Position numbers and translations under genes: made by a program. A DNA stretch of 64,000 bases, taken from the IMG/VR virus record IMGVR_UViG_3300043427_000994. One strand, 5' to 3'. The DNA comes from a virus. Its lineage: Duplodnaviria; Caudoviricetes. The notes beneath the pieces are model-generated. The model did not search any database and was not told the DNA's origin. It worked only from the letters and a program-made list of their open reading frames with translations. How positions within the stretch are numbered: position 1 is the stretch's first letter; every line of letters starts with the position of its first letter. Below, in pieces: positions 32,201 through 41,307 of this stretch.

Positions 32201-32552
32201 GGGCACTTAAAGAATATTGTAATTTTGGTAACGGATCGTCTACTAAACGAGATGCTAATGTATCAATTCTAATAGAATTAGCGTCTTGTGTAATAGCAAT
32301 AGTGCCGCTGGGGCTAGTAAATGCTTTAAACACTAAACTAGTTCCCAGTGAGTTAACCACCGGAACTTTGTTACCTTGTCCTGTTAACGTATCTGGAGTA
32401 TCACTAAGGTCGGTAAATTTTAAGAAACCACCTTGACCAAAAACAGCGTAGAGTTCTTGGAAGTTTTCGTTCGTTTTTCTAAACGCTTCGCGAATACTAT
32501 CGCCTGTACCATCATTACCGGTTACGCCGATGTCAACTATTTTACGTGCCAT
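23289..32552 (-). CDS. giant (~3090 aa) tail/baseplate-associated structural protein
   Basis: N-terminal [11 protein letters not shown] motif; pectin-lyase-like region; six internal repeats; C-terminal YADLAENY...EPGTVL...STNPA...GRVPCKV autoproteolytic-chaperone-like domain; start set at ATG 32552 (SD GGAG). Confidence 0.85.
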   Translation of the reverse strand: MARKIVDIGVTGNDGTGDSIREAFRKTNENFQELYAVFGQGGFLKFTDLSDTPDTLTGQGNKVPVVNSLGTSLVFKAFTSPSGTIAITQDANSIRIDTLASRLVDDPLPKLQYSLSAQNQLIGGLRSPTNNTEFITAVNDFNSRHSSNYSIDSFAINKGYADNKYVNVNGDTMSGHLNVPANATGTQVPRASEVVLKTGGNMQGILNLADHPGQLAGQGTPNGPDDLQAATKYYVDNASYSSQVNLFVTTQGDDNQSRTPLGKEGRDRSYSYRSINKACQKAEELVNAAPWETGPYRQLIAYNDGAAFSEVTRIESGVSGTTRVFFTNFGGNRVDQGQLPKPDIVSGKIVVGRISGARGFVYQYYGADGTSVIGEDYFDLYDVEGEFVEGENLEFDQAVKKIQISIIVESGIYEEDYPIRIPANVAIVGDELRRCIIRPADRPSRSPWVDVWFRRDKTFDGLTLASTEYGYHYLTDPSDPLSEPKNNRDIDVFLCNDAIIIRQITCQGHGGFMMVLDPEGQILTKSAYIQQSGSFSGSLNKQRFAGGQFVDGFAGNIPMRVNQKVTDTVLLVTGSERAPTVPCSFVVDGRTFKIDAYTDDGNGYGGSRQLIRRNIEFIKAEVIGYINTELSPQFEFNRTTCARDVGLIVDALSYDLTLGTNFNAIRAGQAYYRGTQYDTLPDQKTQTIDALLYTKSLISEILVANSVARTRAENSFDEILDIIDNGIESSDEITWGIPAGTATTKVNSKDLLLDNLEFIKEETIAFISDLYPDFIYDEDKCRRDTEYIVYSVIYDILYGGNSATVEAGLQYYDGNGNLLIPGQTLQTTAALGYASQVAQAVVTNTEIEFPKQGEGAGVVTQVFDLDNPGSPTEASRIATLMSSINTIILGGRTAAPAFQYPGFSGVDSSILDSRNLLLSRKESLKANTILYLDQRYSYNQNTCARDTGYIAEAIAHDIYYGGNLKTVQAAISYFNASASSKIVIDSQLENTLAAIDYIKTVIKSVVKNESPSVRYQQAVLQFIDTQYTDGLAAQPRIDELFDEMFDVLGNPPTVARDARALLTANREFIQAETIAYLNNKYVSFEYDEAKCQRDIRYTVEALGYDLMFGSNFASIVAGRSYYRGNASVAVGRQKAATIDAFNYLKTLVTALVSSNTTALSSVTNNMNTIIDIITYGEDEVPTYVIPSPTGYSLGYQNARNLIEQNRSFIKAELIQYITNNYPGLSYDPELCRRDIDYILDALQYDLTYEGNLQTLIAGVAYYVGATLQVALSEKAATLATYGYLKSLVEQIAIDSTISPLQVIVPQIRGAAGSVSASAFAGTRIQEIIDIIDDGLGSIPSTIEPSTTWVSSTLVTLRNTLETDKTSLGTQVTTFINDNYGNDFVYNEEICRRDVGFIVSNVSSDLLYGGTYLTIRAAQRYFVGSVSSRVVINEQLQETVDAINYAKYVAQQVLRQEAPLINFQEANSVTNPITQTFDADLDGTSQIVQLGNLMDLIVEVIQDPNVDYDSVLAGAKPIVYPVYRLTLSDTTPITNPLEFSVTGFVSKADSGVGDGSWDVVLSITPHTPNPLTKTRYRIYGNLNTDYNSDSVECVASTVNTMTFRYPSDPGSFGGGTTKIEYISSIMLLSAGNTSMCSNDFTQINDLGYGLIATNIGLIETVSVFSYYCWTAYYANNGGQIRSLNGSNAHGEFGIISEGSDPLEVPDKAFLSDNMIQVARVYKKDLYSTDNNKDDLAVYFYQHDYAPYNVSEVEINHGSGVITELDQSTLIGGSGYTNGTYINVPVTGGTGTGALVNIVVSGGAVTTVALVSGGFRYKDTDSISVSASNIGGTGGGFSIAVDTVIGNGIARYEVASVTDVSSTLPSSITGTPVKTGPTGGKYYVTYSFTAVPYTPRLDVYTVIGSTVGAFNGTYRATASTTTSVTLEYPTNPGNWVTGGTPTIWGRGNILRLNINTGGNNDTAANGLAVDLIDDQPIVIRGNQNFKYYEIDDTNPVRPSTALTFVGDPNATDAIVYRVLAYGNKGPLNEDLALDESVLGFDTTYDYIKLLVEGEYTSNVDPTDPAKTLGYSIGDTSLAVARVNEVSVEDRLNSGEMIMAWDGKVHRILSYQDLGLLAGYAIIRLADVTEKSLSGTTPSGINTPVDPLTNLDIAEPPTLRAGLASTEPVEIIVRISTCRVTGHDFLDIGTGGYNSTNYPAKIYGAPKEPNQAREVQERTRGRCFYVTTDQDGIFRVGRFFTVDQGTGRVTFAASIALSNLDGLGFKRGVTVSEFSNDDRFTDGANDALPTEAAVQGYIDRRLGMDRTNVVLDSSQLIGPGYMDRSGILAFTGPDPLNMGGFRIANLQDPTTDSDAATRSYVDVQELSNLRVDTSTSPARTLNNLLVYNGTKWVNAETITTGDIQTSLSGKNLALNIKPGAILNIDVNASAGIEQSKLAMSDATVRSSASGITQANKGLSAFDWTQFTAIDGFVRLQTTSSTVFSGSISGTTLTASAPSIGTIAIGQIISGTSVIGGTRIIAFGTGSGGAGTYTVSTSQTVSTTSITAIADGVRLDNIQQIGTGSVLGNRSGSSRTPYEITPGQVVTDGDGIKNASFAPGSVGGEGRALIMTAITPNTYSTINISTTGQASSLIKSDGSGVVDVAQLEVDGYKTLDTTGTTLDMFTPGGVKFLQASGNTDSTSTITTTGTLSVNAITSAAAATFSPANANVTLSPTGTGSVTIAPASTGTINNINIGGTTRGSGAFTTLTANNAVTFTQNAASTNTTSGTLVVTGGVGVSGRISTLDLTVTNTIQGSISGNAATITSQANSATIAATTSATGDRIVLRDSNGDTNARYSNATYFNSSDDTSTAAAVTGVMTKKGDNFYRTASGQQVATFLSGSSIGSLTFTSQLTMNASSSIRQNTTTWTGDAAAGTGKLEYHSNRWYVNVGNDSTEVVRFRRGGSDVSWIDNSGIYNGTATSARYADLAENYQADAQYEPGTVLVFGGANEVTVTSTKGDTRVAGVVSTNPAHLMNANLTGENVVALGLTGRVPCKVVGKVSKGDILVTSAKQGYATVNNSPESGTIVGKAVQDKDDFNEGVIEVVVGRF

Positions 32553-32622
32553 TGAATGCTCCAAAAAAGACTTTCTAGCATTATTTAGCCGAAAAAAAAC
32601 ATAAGCCTAATGTAAATACAAG

Positions 32623-32910
32623 ATGTTTATTGAAACTAAAATTATATCTACGGAACATAGTCGACCTAGTAAACTTGGTCGAATGTATAAATTTTTAAGA
32701 AAAAAAACAGTGGCGGTATTTCGATGTGATAATTGTAATGAATTATTTTCTAGAGATTTAAAATGTGTATCTAGAAAGAGATTAAGCAATAATTATTTTC
32801 ACTGTTGTACTAATTGTGATAGTAAAAGATTTGCTCAAAAGAAAGGCGCAGAACGTAAAATCATATGGGATAAGACTGTTTCTAGCCTGGATGATATAAG
32901 CAAGTTATAA
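32623..32910 (+). CDS. Zn-finger-like basic protein
   Basis: CDNC...CCTNC; TAAATA at 32613-32618. Confidence 0.7.
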   Translation: MFIETKIISTEHSRPSKLGRMYKFLRKKTVAVFRCDNCNELFSRDLKCVSRKRLSNNYFHCCTNCDSKRFAQKKGAERKIIWDKTVSSLDDISKL

Positions 32911-32935
32911 ATATTTGCTCATGGAGGACACTATA

Positions 32936-33172
32936 ATGTTGTCATTATTAAGAAAACTTTTTGGCGGTAAAGCAGAAGAAACTAAGGCAGCAGAAGCGCC
33001 TTATAAGATTGAAACACCTGCTCCAACACCTGTAGCAGAACAAGCGACTCAGGCAGTAGTTGAGTCGATTGCCCCAAAGGCAGAACCAGTCAAGAAAAAG
33101 CCAGCACCTAAAAAGGCACCGGCTAAAGCAACTGCTAAAAAAGCCCCTGCTAAAAAAGCCCCTAAGAAGTAA
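32936..33172 (+). CDS. Lys/Ala/Pro-rich histone-H1-like small protein
   Basis: KKAPAK repeats; start corrected to ATG 32936 (SD GGAGG); TATAAATA at 32906-32913. Confidence 0.7.
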   Translation: MLSLLRKLFGGKAEETKAAEAPYKIETPAPTPVAEQATQAVVESIAPKAEPVKKKPAPKKAPAKATAKKAPAKKAPKK

Positions 33173-34196
33173 TAGTCTTAGCCTGTTCATATAGTGCAAA
33201 ACTAGCAAGGTTCTTTCCTTTGCTTTCGCACATAATATCGGACTGATCCCAAAAACTCAGTGCCCATTCATTCACTGCTGTGTTCCAGTAGAAATTTGAG
33301 TGTGCTCTGAGTTTTGCTTTTTTGTGCCCGCTCTCTATCAGCGTATTAAGGGAGGGAACGGTGTCTGTGGGATGGTTAGTAAGATGCTCTTCCCGTGAAA
33401 CACTATAATGTATAACAGGCCTAACACCACGCCAACTATCAATAATCCTTTTAACACGGTCGTCATTTGCTTCAATATATTCTCCTGAGTGTATCCAATG
33501 ATGGTGTATGTCTAGCACCAAAGCGAGATCCTTGGCAAGTTCGAGGCTTGCGTCAATTCCCCAACTGATTTCGTCGTTTTCGATGGTGATGCAGTTTCTT
33601 GCTTCGGGGGTAAGTCTCTTGAGGGCACTTTTAATACCGGCTGGACCGGCTCTACCGGCAATGTGGACATTGATCTTAAAGTCCTGATATCTTTCACCGT
33701 ACCCCATCCATCTCGCCATATCCGCATGATATTCAAACTCCTCTATACTACGCTGAACAATATCAGGGCTGTCAGATGCCAGCACAGTAAATTGACCAGG
33801 ATGAAAACTGAGACGAACGTTGCGGGCACGAGCAAGATCTCCCACTTGTTTAAAATGTTTTTGGGCGTATGCCTGTACATCAGTCTTGCCCCAAAAATAG
33901 CGCCAAGTAGACTCAGTATAAACAGGAAGGATATCACTGCTAAGGCGGACCATACGTAAGTGCTCATCTTGTTCTCCCACTTTGGTTACAAGTTTATTTA
34001 CAGATTCAATATTTTGGACCATTAGGTCCCACAGTTTTTGTTCTGCTACATCTCGTGTTTGACGATTAAGCCACGCTACAGTAGTAGAACCAGTATTGTA
34101 TTGTTTACAATCATCTTTGGGTTTGATACCGTTCACTTGATCAGGTCGGTCAATCCATTTACAGGCAAAGCCAATTCGTTTAGTCATAGCAGTCAA
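33162..34196 (-). CDS. uvsE: UV damage repair endonuclease (UvsE/UVDE)
   Basis: RIGFAC, RLSSDILP, RLSFHPGQF, INVHIAG, TIENDE, VLDIHHH, RAHS, DIMCESKGKN. Confidence 0.92.
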   Translation of the reverse strand: MTAMTKRIGFACKWIDRPDQVNGIKPKDDCKQYNTGSTTVAWLNRQTRDVAEQKLWDLMVQNIESVNKLVTKVGEQDEHLRMVRLSSDILPVYTESTWRYFWGKTDVQAYAQKHFKQVGDLARARNVRLSFHPGQFTVLASDSPDIVQRSIEEFEYHADMARWMGYGERYQDFKINVHIAGRAGPAGIKSALKRLTPEARNCITIENDEISWGIDASLELAKDLALVLDIHHHWIHSGEYIEANDDRVKRIIDSWRGVRPVIHYSVSREEHLTNHPTDTVPSLNTLIESGHKKAKLRAHSNFYWNTAVNEWALSFWDQSDIMCESKGKNLASFALYEQAKTITS

Positions 34197-34215
34197 ATAA
34201 AAAGGACATAATGCT

Positions 34216-34244
34216 ATTATAGCATCTATGCCCTAGATTGTCTA
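34216..34244 (-). promoter_or_regulatory. sigma70-type promoter for uvsE with -10 in a terminator-like hairpin loop
   Basis: TAGACA (34239-34244) N17 TATAAT (34216-34221); hairpin GGGCAT-A-GATGCT/AGCATT-ATGTCC followed by TTTTT. Confidence 0.75.
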
Positions 34245-34249
34245 CTATT

Positions 34250-34774
34250 TTATCCTTCGTAGACTGCCGAATTTCCTAAATGTTCAAACACTTCTGCAGA
34301 TTTGAGCCTTACACCTGAACCTACAGGATAACGTGCTTCAAATGTCTGTCCATTAGGACAGTAGTAAGTATTTCCTGTTTTGAAAATGTGTAAAATAGTA
34401 GCCATTTCTTTGTATACTAATTCTGCAAATTTTTCACAGCCTACACCTTGTACTACTCTAAGATCACAGACACCGCCTTTGTCTTGTAATCCTAGTTCTG
34501 CCATTTTCTCAAACATAGCTCTATGGGGATCGTCTTCTGCTACAACTAGAGTATGATCAAACATGTACTCTGCCCATTCTTTGAATGCTTTGAGTCCGCC
34601 AAAGTCCATGACCCAATTACGATCATCTAGGGTTTCGGATTCAAAAATTAGTTTGATGCCAATGGAGTAACCATGTAGCAGTGAGCAATGGCTATGTGTT
34701 GAACGCCATTGTCTAAAACAGCATGACAGCCCTCTGTCGTTACCGTAGGTTTTTGTTGATAGATATTTTGCCAT
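34250..34774 (-). CDS. queD: 6-pyruvoyl-tetrahydropterin / CPH4 synthase (QueD family)
   Basis: SHCSLLHGYS, WVMDFGGLK, FDHT, GCEKFAE, EVFEH. Confidence 0.9.
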   Translation of the reverse strand: MAKYLSTKTYGNDRGLSCCFRQWRSTHSHCSLLHGYSIGIKLIFESETLDDRNWVMDFGGLKAFKEWAEYMFDHTLVVAEDDPHRAMFEKMAELGLQDKGGVCDLRVVQGVGCEKFAELVYKEMATILHIFKTGNTYYCPNGQTFEARYPVGSGVRLKSAEVFEHLGNSAVYEG

Positions 34775-34779
34775 CTCTA

Positions 34780-34855
34780 GTCTCCTTTGTTAAGTAGCAA
34801 GTTTGATGACATGCAGAGTATTTAGAGTGGGATGAACGCCATAAAGTCCACTATT
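34780..34855 (-). promoter_or_regulatory. structured queD leader (candidate cis-regulatory pseudoknot)
   Basis: AGTGG/CCACT stem with a 17-nt loop whose ATGGCG can pair with downstream TGTCAT; SD AAGGAG at 34782-34787. Confidence 0.45.
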
Positions 34856-34860
34856 GATAT

Positions 34861-34889
34861 AGTATAATTAAAAACATTGACAATGTCAA
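34861..34889 (-). promoter_or_regulatory. sigma70-type promoter for queD
   Basis: TTGACA (34884-34889) N17 TATACT (34861-34866); the -35 lies in the palindrome TTGACAnTGTCAA. Confidence 0.8.
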
Positions 34890-34911
34890 GTATTTTGAAC
34901 TACAAAGATAT

Positions 34912-35247
34912 TTATTTTTCTGTTTTTGAGCGAACGTCTTTCTTGAGCTTACGGAACTCAATCAACACATCCATCAATTTTTTTTGACTTTCTTTTATAT
35001 ATTTTACTGTGAGAGCAATTTTATGTATGGCCCAATACCACCAAATAATACAGATAAGAGCAAATGCTACGGCAGTTATTTCTAAAATTAATTCCACAGC
35101 AGAATTCCATTTGAAGAAATAACAAATTGATACTATTGCTAGAACAAGTAAGGGTAGAATTCTTGCGGCCCATTCCCAAGCAGTTACTTCACGGACCGTT
35201 TTATTTTCAAATTGTTCTAATTTTTCAAAGTTTTCTTGTTCATTCAT
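34912..35247 (-). CDS. two-TM membrane protein
   Basis: Two hydrophobic segments followed by a coiled-coil tail. Confidence 0.7.
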   Translation of the reverse strand: MNEQENFEKLEQFENKTVREVTAWEWAARILPLLVLAIVSICYFFKWNSAVELILEITAVAFALICIIWWYWAIHKIALTVKYIKESQKKLMDVLIEFRKLKKDVRSKTEK

Positions 35248-36866
35248 TTAGCGCCAATGTATCCAAAAGGTTTCCACGTACCTGGAGTTCCAGTCATAGT
35301 GCAGACCCAGCCAATATAACTAGTCTCCTGCGGATTGGTATTCCAAACGATGTCACCCTTAGACCATGTACCGCTAAGTGGTTCTTGATTGCTATTGATA
35401 AATTTCTTACCGTTGATTATTACCAACCCATCTACAGAAAAAGATGCTTCAGGTAATGGATTGGTTATGTTAACAGCCAATTTACCGTATGCGTTAATTA
35501 CTCTATCGGTTTGATTTTGATTACCTATTTGTATGCGATCATCGGTTATTTCTAGGTCTGTATTATCCTGTCTTACAATTTGAAAATTGTCTGCTTCAAT
35601 GCCCGCACTGGATAATCTTAAATTTCCATGACCGCTGTTAATACTAATCGAATTAGAAAACTCAACTCTATTTTCTTTTATTTTTAGTGATGGAAAATCT
35701 ACATCACCTGTTACTGTTAATCCTGTAAGTTCGCCAAGTGTTTTTAAACTAGAATTAACAACAGTTTCTCCTAGGCCATCGGCAGATAACACTGTCTTTC
35801 TATTAATACAATAAGTTTTATTCACTGCTAGATCGATGGCTTCACTTGAGTAAAGTCTATCTGGATTAGGCATCATAAACAGTTGTCTATTATTGCCTTC
35901 TCCTACCCACATTAATCCTTTGCCAAAGATTGAATTATCTTTACTAGCACGGAACTCAATTGGATGTGTTCTTTCTACTCTAGAATCGGAAACTATACTG
36001 TCAACTTCTAAAGTACCATAAATTTTTACCACAGCATTTTTGCTATTAGCATTGCCAAATTCTGTAGTTGCTCCCTTAAGAGTAATTCTTTGTGTGTTGT
36101 CAGTTACAATACTAAATGCGTTAACACTGTAAGTTCCAACAAACCCTGTACCGTCTTCGTTGGCTCCTAATACTACTTCGGTATTATTATCAACTACACT
36201 GATGGCCGCATTAGGTTGCTCGGTGTTTATACCCAAACGCCCAAATGCTCCATTAACAAATACTGTGTCAGAGAGTGTAACATCTCCTGAAACATTTAAT
36301 TTTTCTAAAGTGCCAACTGTTTTTAATCTTGAATCTCTTATAGAATTACCTAATCTTGTTTCTTCTACCACGCTAACACCATTAATGTAGTAAGAAGAAG
36401 AACTCATTAGATCGATGCTTTCAGTTGAAAACAATCTTCTAGGTTCTGCTCTGTAAATAAACTGTCTTGTTAGGTCGCCTTCATTCCATAATAGTCCTTT
36501 ACCGTCAAGTTCTTTTGGACTATCGGCAGCAAATGTAATAGACTTGCTGTAAGTTTCTATGCTTTGATCAGTTAAGATTTTTTTAACTTGAAGAGAATCG
36601 GCTTCTAATTTACCAGTAACTTTTAAATTACTAAACTCACTTTTACCGCTGGCTACCACTCTATTTGTTAAAACATCTCCAGAAACTGTTAAATTTCCAG
36701 AAACTCGTTCAACAGATAGTATTCCGGTTTGTACTCCGGCATCTGTGATTATTAATTGTTCTCTAGTTGCACTGTCAGTAATACCAGCAGTTTTTATAGA
36801 ACCGTTGGTGTTTGCTTTCAATGCTTCAGCAAGATCTTGAAGGATTTTATCGATGTTTGAGCTCAT
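35244..36866 (-). CDS. virion structural / fibre-like protein with an internal duplication
   Basis: Two copies of KGL.W......RQ......P.RL.S.E.IDL.......IN...V.....LG......S.LKT.G.L..L.V.GDV; C-terminal GDIVWN..P....IGWVC...GTPGTW. Confidence 0.75.
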   Translation of the reverse strand: MSSNIDKILQDLAEALKANTNGSIKTAGITDSATREQLIITDAGVQTGILSVERVSGNLTVSGDVLTNRVVASGKSEFSNLKVTGKLEADSLQVKKILTDQSIETYSKSITFAADSPKELDGKGLLWNEGDLTRQFIYRAEPRRLFSTESIDLMSSSSYYINGVSVVEETRLGNSIRDSRLKTVGTLEKLNVSGDVTLSDTVFVNGAFGRLGINTEQPNAAISVVDNNTEVVLGANEDGTGFVGTYSVNAFSIVTDNTQRITLKGATTEFGNANSKNAVVKIYGTLEVDSIVSDSRVERTHPIEFRASKDNSIFGKGLMWVGEGNNRQLFMMPNPDRLYSSEAIDLAVNKTYCINRKTVLSADGLGETVVNSSLKTLGELTGLTVTGDVDFPSLKIKENRVEFSNSISINSGHGNLRLSSAGIEADNFQIVRQDNTDLEITDDRIQIGNQNQTDRVINAYGKLAVNITNPLPEASFSVDGLVIINGKKFINSNQEPLSGTWSKGDIVWNTNPQETSYIGWVCTMTGTPGTWKPFGYIGAK

Positions 36867-36945
36867 AGTGTAGTATTTATAAAAAAATTTTGAGTTAAAC
36901 CTAGATAGTAAAAGGAAATAAATATTGATATAACAGGATTACGAC

Positions 36946-39240
36946 ATGACAGCCTACTACGATTTTTTTAGAAAAATAAGATTTTTACCAGGAACTCCAA
37001 CCACTGCTACTTCTGCTGTGCTGTTAAACAGCAGTATTTCGGGAACTACTTTAACTGTGGGTACGTTACAGTCTGGTACAATCTCGGTGGGCATGACATT
37101 AACAGGTTCGGGTGTTTCTCCGGGGACCTATGTAGTTGCCCATATTTCGGGCAGTGAAAACGGCTCGACATGGGAAGTAAATCAAACTCAGACAGTTTTA
37201 TCAACAACCGTAACTGGAACATTAAACGCTATACCCGTTGCTACAACTATTGAAGCAGATACAGTTACAGATACTGCCACAGTTATTGCTGGTAAAAATA
37301 TTACATTCAGCGTAAAAGATACTATAGATCCGTCGGGGCTAGATGGTAATTCAGACTTCACCATAGACACTGTGGTCATCAATGGTCCTGATTATCAAAC
37401 ATATATTCCCCTAGGAACAACTAAACTTAGATTAGAAAAAGATCTAGGATCGGATACCAGCGATATAGAATTTATACCAGATCCAGCAAGCTCTATAACA
37501 ATTAATAGAATTTCAAGTAACGTTCTTGAGATTGGCTCAACTAGTCCGACTATTCCTTTTAGTCAAGAACAAATTCAAGATCTTGCCGCCGACCTATTGC
37601 TAAACGGCACACACGATGAAATTACAGTGACTTATCAAGATGCCGGAGAGTTTCCAAATAGTTTAATACCAGATCAAACATCTGGGTCAGGTATAGGAGC
37701 AATTTTTGATATTTGGGTTATTAACAATCAATATAATGCTAGAGTTACCACTCCTGGAAGCGGATACAACGTAGGCGAAACTGTTACATTCTTTGGTACA
37801 AATTTTCCTAGCGGTACTGCTCCTACAAATAATTTAGTTTTGAGTATTGGCAGTGTAACTGGCAGTAATGGTATATCTACAATTAGCGTTATTTCTGGAA
37901 CACCTGCTCTGGCGGATAATATTGATCTAGTAATAACATCAACACTATCGGATGTAACAGGTCGCGGCGCATCTACTTCAGATGCTATCACTATTAGCAA
38001 TGCTACTGGTTCTAGCAATACATCAACTGGTGCTTTAAAAATTACAGCAGGCGGTCTAGCAGTTTTTGAAAACGCTAACGTGGGCGGTTATGTAAAAGCC
38101 ACAACATTTGAAAGTACACAGGCAACTGGTACTGCTCCGTTCACAGTGGCTAGCACTACAGCAGTGGCTAACCTACAAGCCGCTACAGCCAGTAAATGGC
38201 ACACTGCTCGAACAGTTACATTCACAGGTGATGTAACAGGATCATTTAGTATAGATGGTTCAGCAGACGTAACCAGTGTAGCACTAACAGTTGGCGCAGA
38301 TAAAGTTGAACTGGGCACAGATACCACAGGCAACTATGTTGCTACAGCCAGTGTAAGTGGTAACGGACTATCGGGTAGTTCTAGCACAGAAGGTGGAACA
38401 TTTACAGTCAGTTCAAATGCCACATCAGTTAACACAGGCGAAACGATTGTATTTAGAGACACTAGCGGAAACTTTAGTGCCGGTACAATCACAGCCAGTT
38501 TGACCGGCGCGGCAAGTTTAAACGTCCTACGAGCCGGTGACACTATGACTGGAAGTCTATATACTCGTGGTGCGTTTGGTATGAGATCTTCGACTATCGC
38601 CGGAAATCCGATAATGTACGATGTACAAGATCAAGCCGGAGCAACAGTATTAGAAATTGGTAGAGCAGACAATGTGGCCGCAACTACCGCTATAGATATT
38701 CATACAGGTTCTACTTCAGTAGATTATGACACCCGTCTAGAGTTTACCGGCGGTAATGGAACTACTGGCAACGGTACAATGACTATCAGAGCAGCCTCTG
38801 TAATATTACAAAGTGCCGGAATATTCAATAGTACCGCAACACTTGGAGCCAGTACAATTGAAGCAGTTAATGTAGTAGGTAGTGCTTTAACAGGAGCAGT
38901 TACCTTAGACGTAAAAACTAATGCTATACATTATTATACAGCCAATGCTGCCGCAAATTGGACACTGAATTTCAGAGGCAACGCTTCTACTACAATGAAT
39001 ACTTTCTTAAGTACAGGACAGGCTGTAACAGTTGTTCTGTTAGCCACGCAAGGCGGCGCAGCCTTTTATCCAACAGCATTTACTATTGATGGAACAGCAG
39101 TAGGTGTAACAGTAGACTGGTTAGGTGGTTCAGCGCCAACAGGTGGCAACGCTTCTAGTATAGACTCATATTCATTTACAATTATTAAAACAGCCGCAAG
39201 TGTATACACTATATTAGCCAGCCAGGCTAGATTTGCCTAA
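36946..39240 (+). CDS. tail fibre protein
   Basis: 764 aa, T/S/G-rich; A.KW.TART..F.GDVTGS.S.DGSADV motif and DIH....S.DYD.R block typical of fibres. Confidence 0.75.
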   Translation: MTAYYDFFRKIRFLPGTPTTATSAVLLNSSISGTTLTVGTLQSGTISVGMTLTGSGVSPGTYVVAHISGSENGSTWEVNQTQTVLSTTVTGTLNAIPVATTIEADTVTDTATVIAGKNITFSVKDTIDPSGLDGNSDFTIDTVVINGPDYQTYIPLGTTKLRLEKDLGSDTSDIEFIPDPASSITINRISSNVLEIGSTSPTIPFSQEQIQDLAADLLLNGTHDEITVTYQDAGEFPNSLIPDQTSGSGIGAIFDIWVINNQYNARVTTPGSGYNVGETVTFFGTNFPSGTAPTNNLVLSIGSVTGSNGISTISVISGTPALADNIDLVITSTLSDVTGRGASTSDAITISNATGSSNTSTGALKITAGGLAVFENANVGGYVKATTFESTQATGTAPFTVASTTAVANLQAATASKWHTARTVTFTGDVTGSFSIDGSADVTSVALTVGADKVELGTDTTGNYVATASVSGNGLSGSSSTEGGTFTVSSNATSVNTGETIVFRDTSGNFSAGTITASLTGAASLNVLRAGDTMTGSLYTRGAFGMRSSTIAGNPIMYDVQDQAGATVLEIGRADNVAATTAIDIHTGSTSVDYDTRLEFTGGNGTTGNGTMTIRAASVILQSAGIFNSTATLGASTIEAVNVVGSALTGAVTLDVKTNAIHYYTANAAANWTLNFRGNASTTMNTFLSTGQAVTVVLLATQGGAAFYPTAFTIDGTAVGVTVDWLGGSAPTGGNASSIDSYSFTIIKTAASVYTILASQARFA

Positions 39241-39249
39241 GGGATAACA

Positions 39250-41307
39250 ATGCCATTAATTAGTACATTAGGTAATTCAGGAAGTCAGTCCTACGGTAAT
39301 CGAGGCCTAATAACAGGCAGTGCGTTTTATGATTCTGTAAATGATTATCTTCAAGTGCCTGCTGGCACAGCATTTCAATACGGCACAGGAGACTTTACTA
39401 TTGAAATGTGGATTTATCCCACAACAAATAATGGTCCTGCTGGCTATGGTGTTACACTATTTGTTCAACGCGGCGGCGATTATAGAACTCAGCGTTACTT
39501 ATTTTTATTTTTATGGCCCACAAATCAAATATTTTTACAAGTTCCAGGTAATGATTTCTTTGTTGGTACACAGAATACTGTTACATTAAACGCATGGAAT
39601 CACGTTGCGCTAGTTAGAAGATCGGGAAGTATGAGAATATTTTTAAATGGGTATGCTAATAACGCTAGAGCGAACACAGCAAATTATTCAGACACTTCGT
39701 ACCCGCCAGGATTTGGAAATCTAGTTTTTAATAACCAATATACATTTCAAGGAAACATTACTAATATTCGTATAGCAAAAAGTGCCTACTATACTGCAAC
39801 ATTTGAACCATCTAGAACTCCTTTTACACGAACAAGCCAAGGTGCTACTAATGTACAACTATTATTAAATTGCGAAACTGCTTCTAGTCTAGCAAGAGAT
39901 TCTAGTGCTAATAACATTACGGTTACTAATAGTTCAGTTACATTTAGTAATCTGTCACCGTTTAGAGTTCCATACGTATTACCGCCAACTGTAACTCCTA
40001 TTTCTGCTACCGTAACTCCTTCTACATTGTCTCCGGGCGAAGGCAGTACTGTTACATTTACTGTGGCTGGAACAAACACACCAAACGGAACTTACTACTA
40101 TACTATAGAACAGGCCACTGGAGAAACAGCAATTGCAGCATCTGATTTTACTCTGGGAGCGTTAAACGGAACCTTTACAATGACTGGTAACAGTGGATCA
40201 TTTAATTTAACCATTGTCAAAGATCTGTTCACAGAAGGCACTGAAACTTTTTATGTATCAGTAAGAACAACCTCAATCTCGGGTCAGGTTATCGGGGCCA
40301 CAGACGAAATCAACATAACTGATGTATCGATAACACCAGCATTTACTGTAACACCAGCATCGATTGGCGAAGGAAGCGCAGGATCATTTACTGTGGCCAA
40401 TATTGGACCAAACGGTACATACTTCTGGACTATATTAAACAGCACGTCAGTTAACGCAGACTTTAGTGCTACCAGCGGTTCATTTACCGTAAGTGGAAGT
40501 ACAGGAGGTATTGATAATGGTACAGGTACATTCTCAGTAACACCAATTAAAGATCTAAGCACAGAAGGAACTGAAACTTTCCAAGTACAAGTTCGTAGTG
40601 GTAGTACATCAGGAACAGTGATTATAACAAGCGCCAGTGTGTCAATCACTGATGTATCATTAACACCGTCAGTAACACCTGCCGCAGGTTCTGTGAACGA
40701 AGGTGCTTCATTATCGTTTACCGCAGTTAATCTTGGACCAAACGGCACTTACTTCTGGAGTATTAATCACGGCTCAACAGCAGCCGCAGACTTCACTGCT
40801 GAAAATGGATCGTTTACTATTTCAGGTGGTGGCGCACAGGACAACGGCACTGGATCATTCTCTGTAACTACTGTAAATGATTATGCTACAGAAGGTGCTC
40901 AAACATTTACAGTCAGCGTAAGAAGCGGTAGTGTTTCAGGCACAGTATTAGCAACCAGTTCAACTGTAACAGTTAACGACACTTCAACAACGGTATCAGC
41001 CAGCGGCAGTCCAACATCATTTAATGAAGGCGCCAGCACAACCATTACTGCCAGTGCTACTGGATTCCCAAATGGAACTTATTTCTGGACTATACTTAAC
41101 GGAACAACCACTAACGCAGACTTCACAGCCTCTAGTGGATCGTTTACTGTTAGCAACGGCACATCGGGCGCATTTACTGTTACTGCCGCTACATTAGGCG
41201 GAGCAGAAGCCGCTGAAACATTCCAAGTTGAAATTAGAAGAGATAGTACCAGCGGTACTGTATTAGCAACCACTGGTACTCTAACAATTAACGCTAACGC
41301 TACTTAA
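39250..41307 (+). CDS. LamG/ConA-like lectin domain plus four Calx-beta-like repeats (adhesin)
   Basis: GDFTIEMW...WNHVALVR...FLNG...FQGNITNIRI; four EG...F...NGTY.W.I...ADF...SGSFT...TEG.ETF.V..R repeats. Confidence 0.8.
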   Translation: MPLISTLGNSGSQSYGNRGLITGSAFYDSVNDYLQVPAGTAFQYGTGDFTIEMWIYPTTNNGPAGYGVTLFVQRGGDYRTQRYLFLFLWPTNQIFLQVPGNDFFVGTQNTVTLNAWNHVALVRRSGSMRIFLNGYANNARANTANYSDTSYPPGFGNLVFNNQYTFQGNITNIRIAKSAYYTATFEPSRTPFTRTSQGATNVQLLLNCETASSLARDSSANNITVTNSSVTFSNLSPFRVPYVLPPTVTPISATVTPSTLSPGEGSTVTFTVAGTNTPNGTYYYTIEQATGETAIAASDFTLGALNGTFTMTGNSGSFNLTIVKDLFTEGTETFYVSVRTTSISGQVIGATDEINITDVSITPAFTVTPASIGEGSAGSFTVANIGPNGTYFWTILNSTSVNADFSATSGSFTVSGSTGGIDNGTGTFSVTPIKDLSTEGTETFQVQVRSGSTSGTVIITSASVSITDVSLTPSVTPAAGSVNEGASLSFTAVNLGPNGTYFWSINHGSTAAADFTAENGSFTISGGGAQDNGTGSFSVTTVNDYATEGAQTFTVSVRSGSVSGTVLATSSTVTVNDTSTTVSASGSPTSFNEGASTTITASATGFPNGTYFWTILNGTTTNADFTASSGSFTVSNGTSGAFTVTAATLGGAEAAETFQVEIRRDSTSGTVLATTGTLTINANAT

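Noticed and set aside
36946-41307. Diversity-generating retroelement acting on fibre genes
   Set aside because: No reverse transcriptase and no template/variable repeat pair differing only at adenines was noticed.
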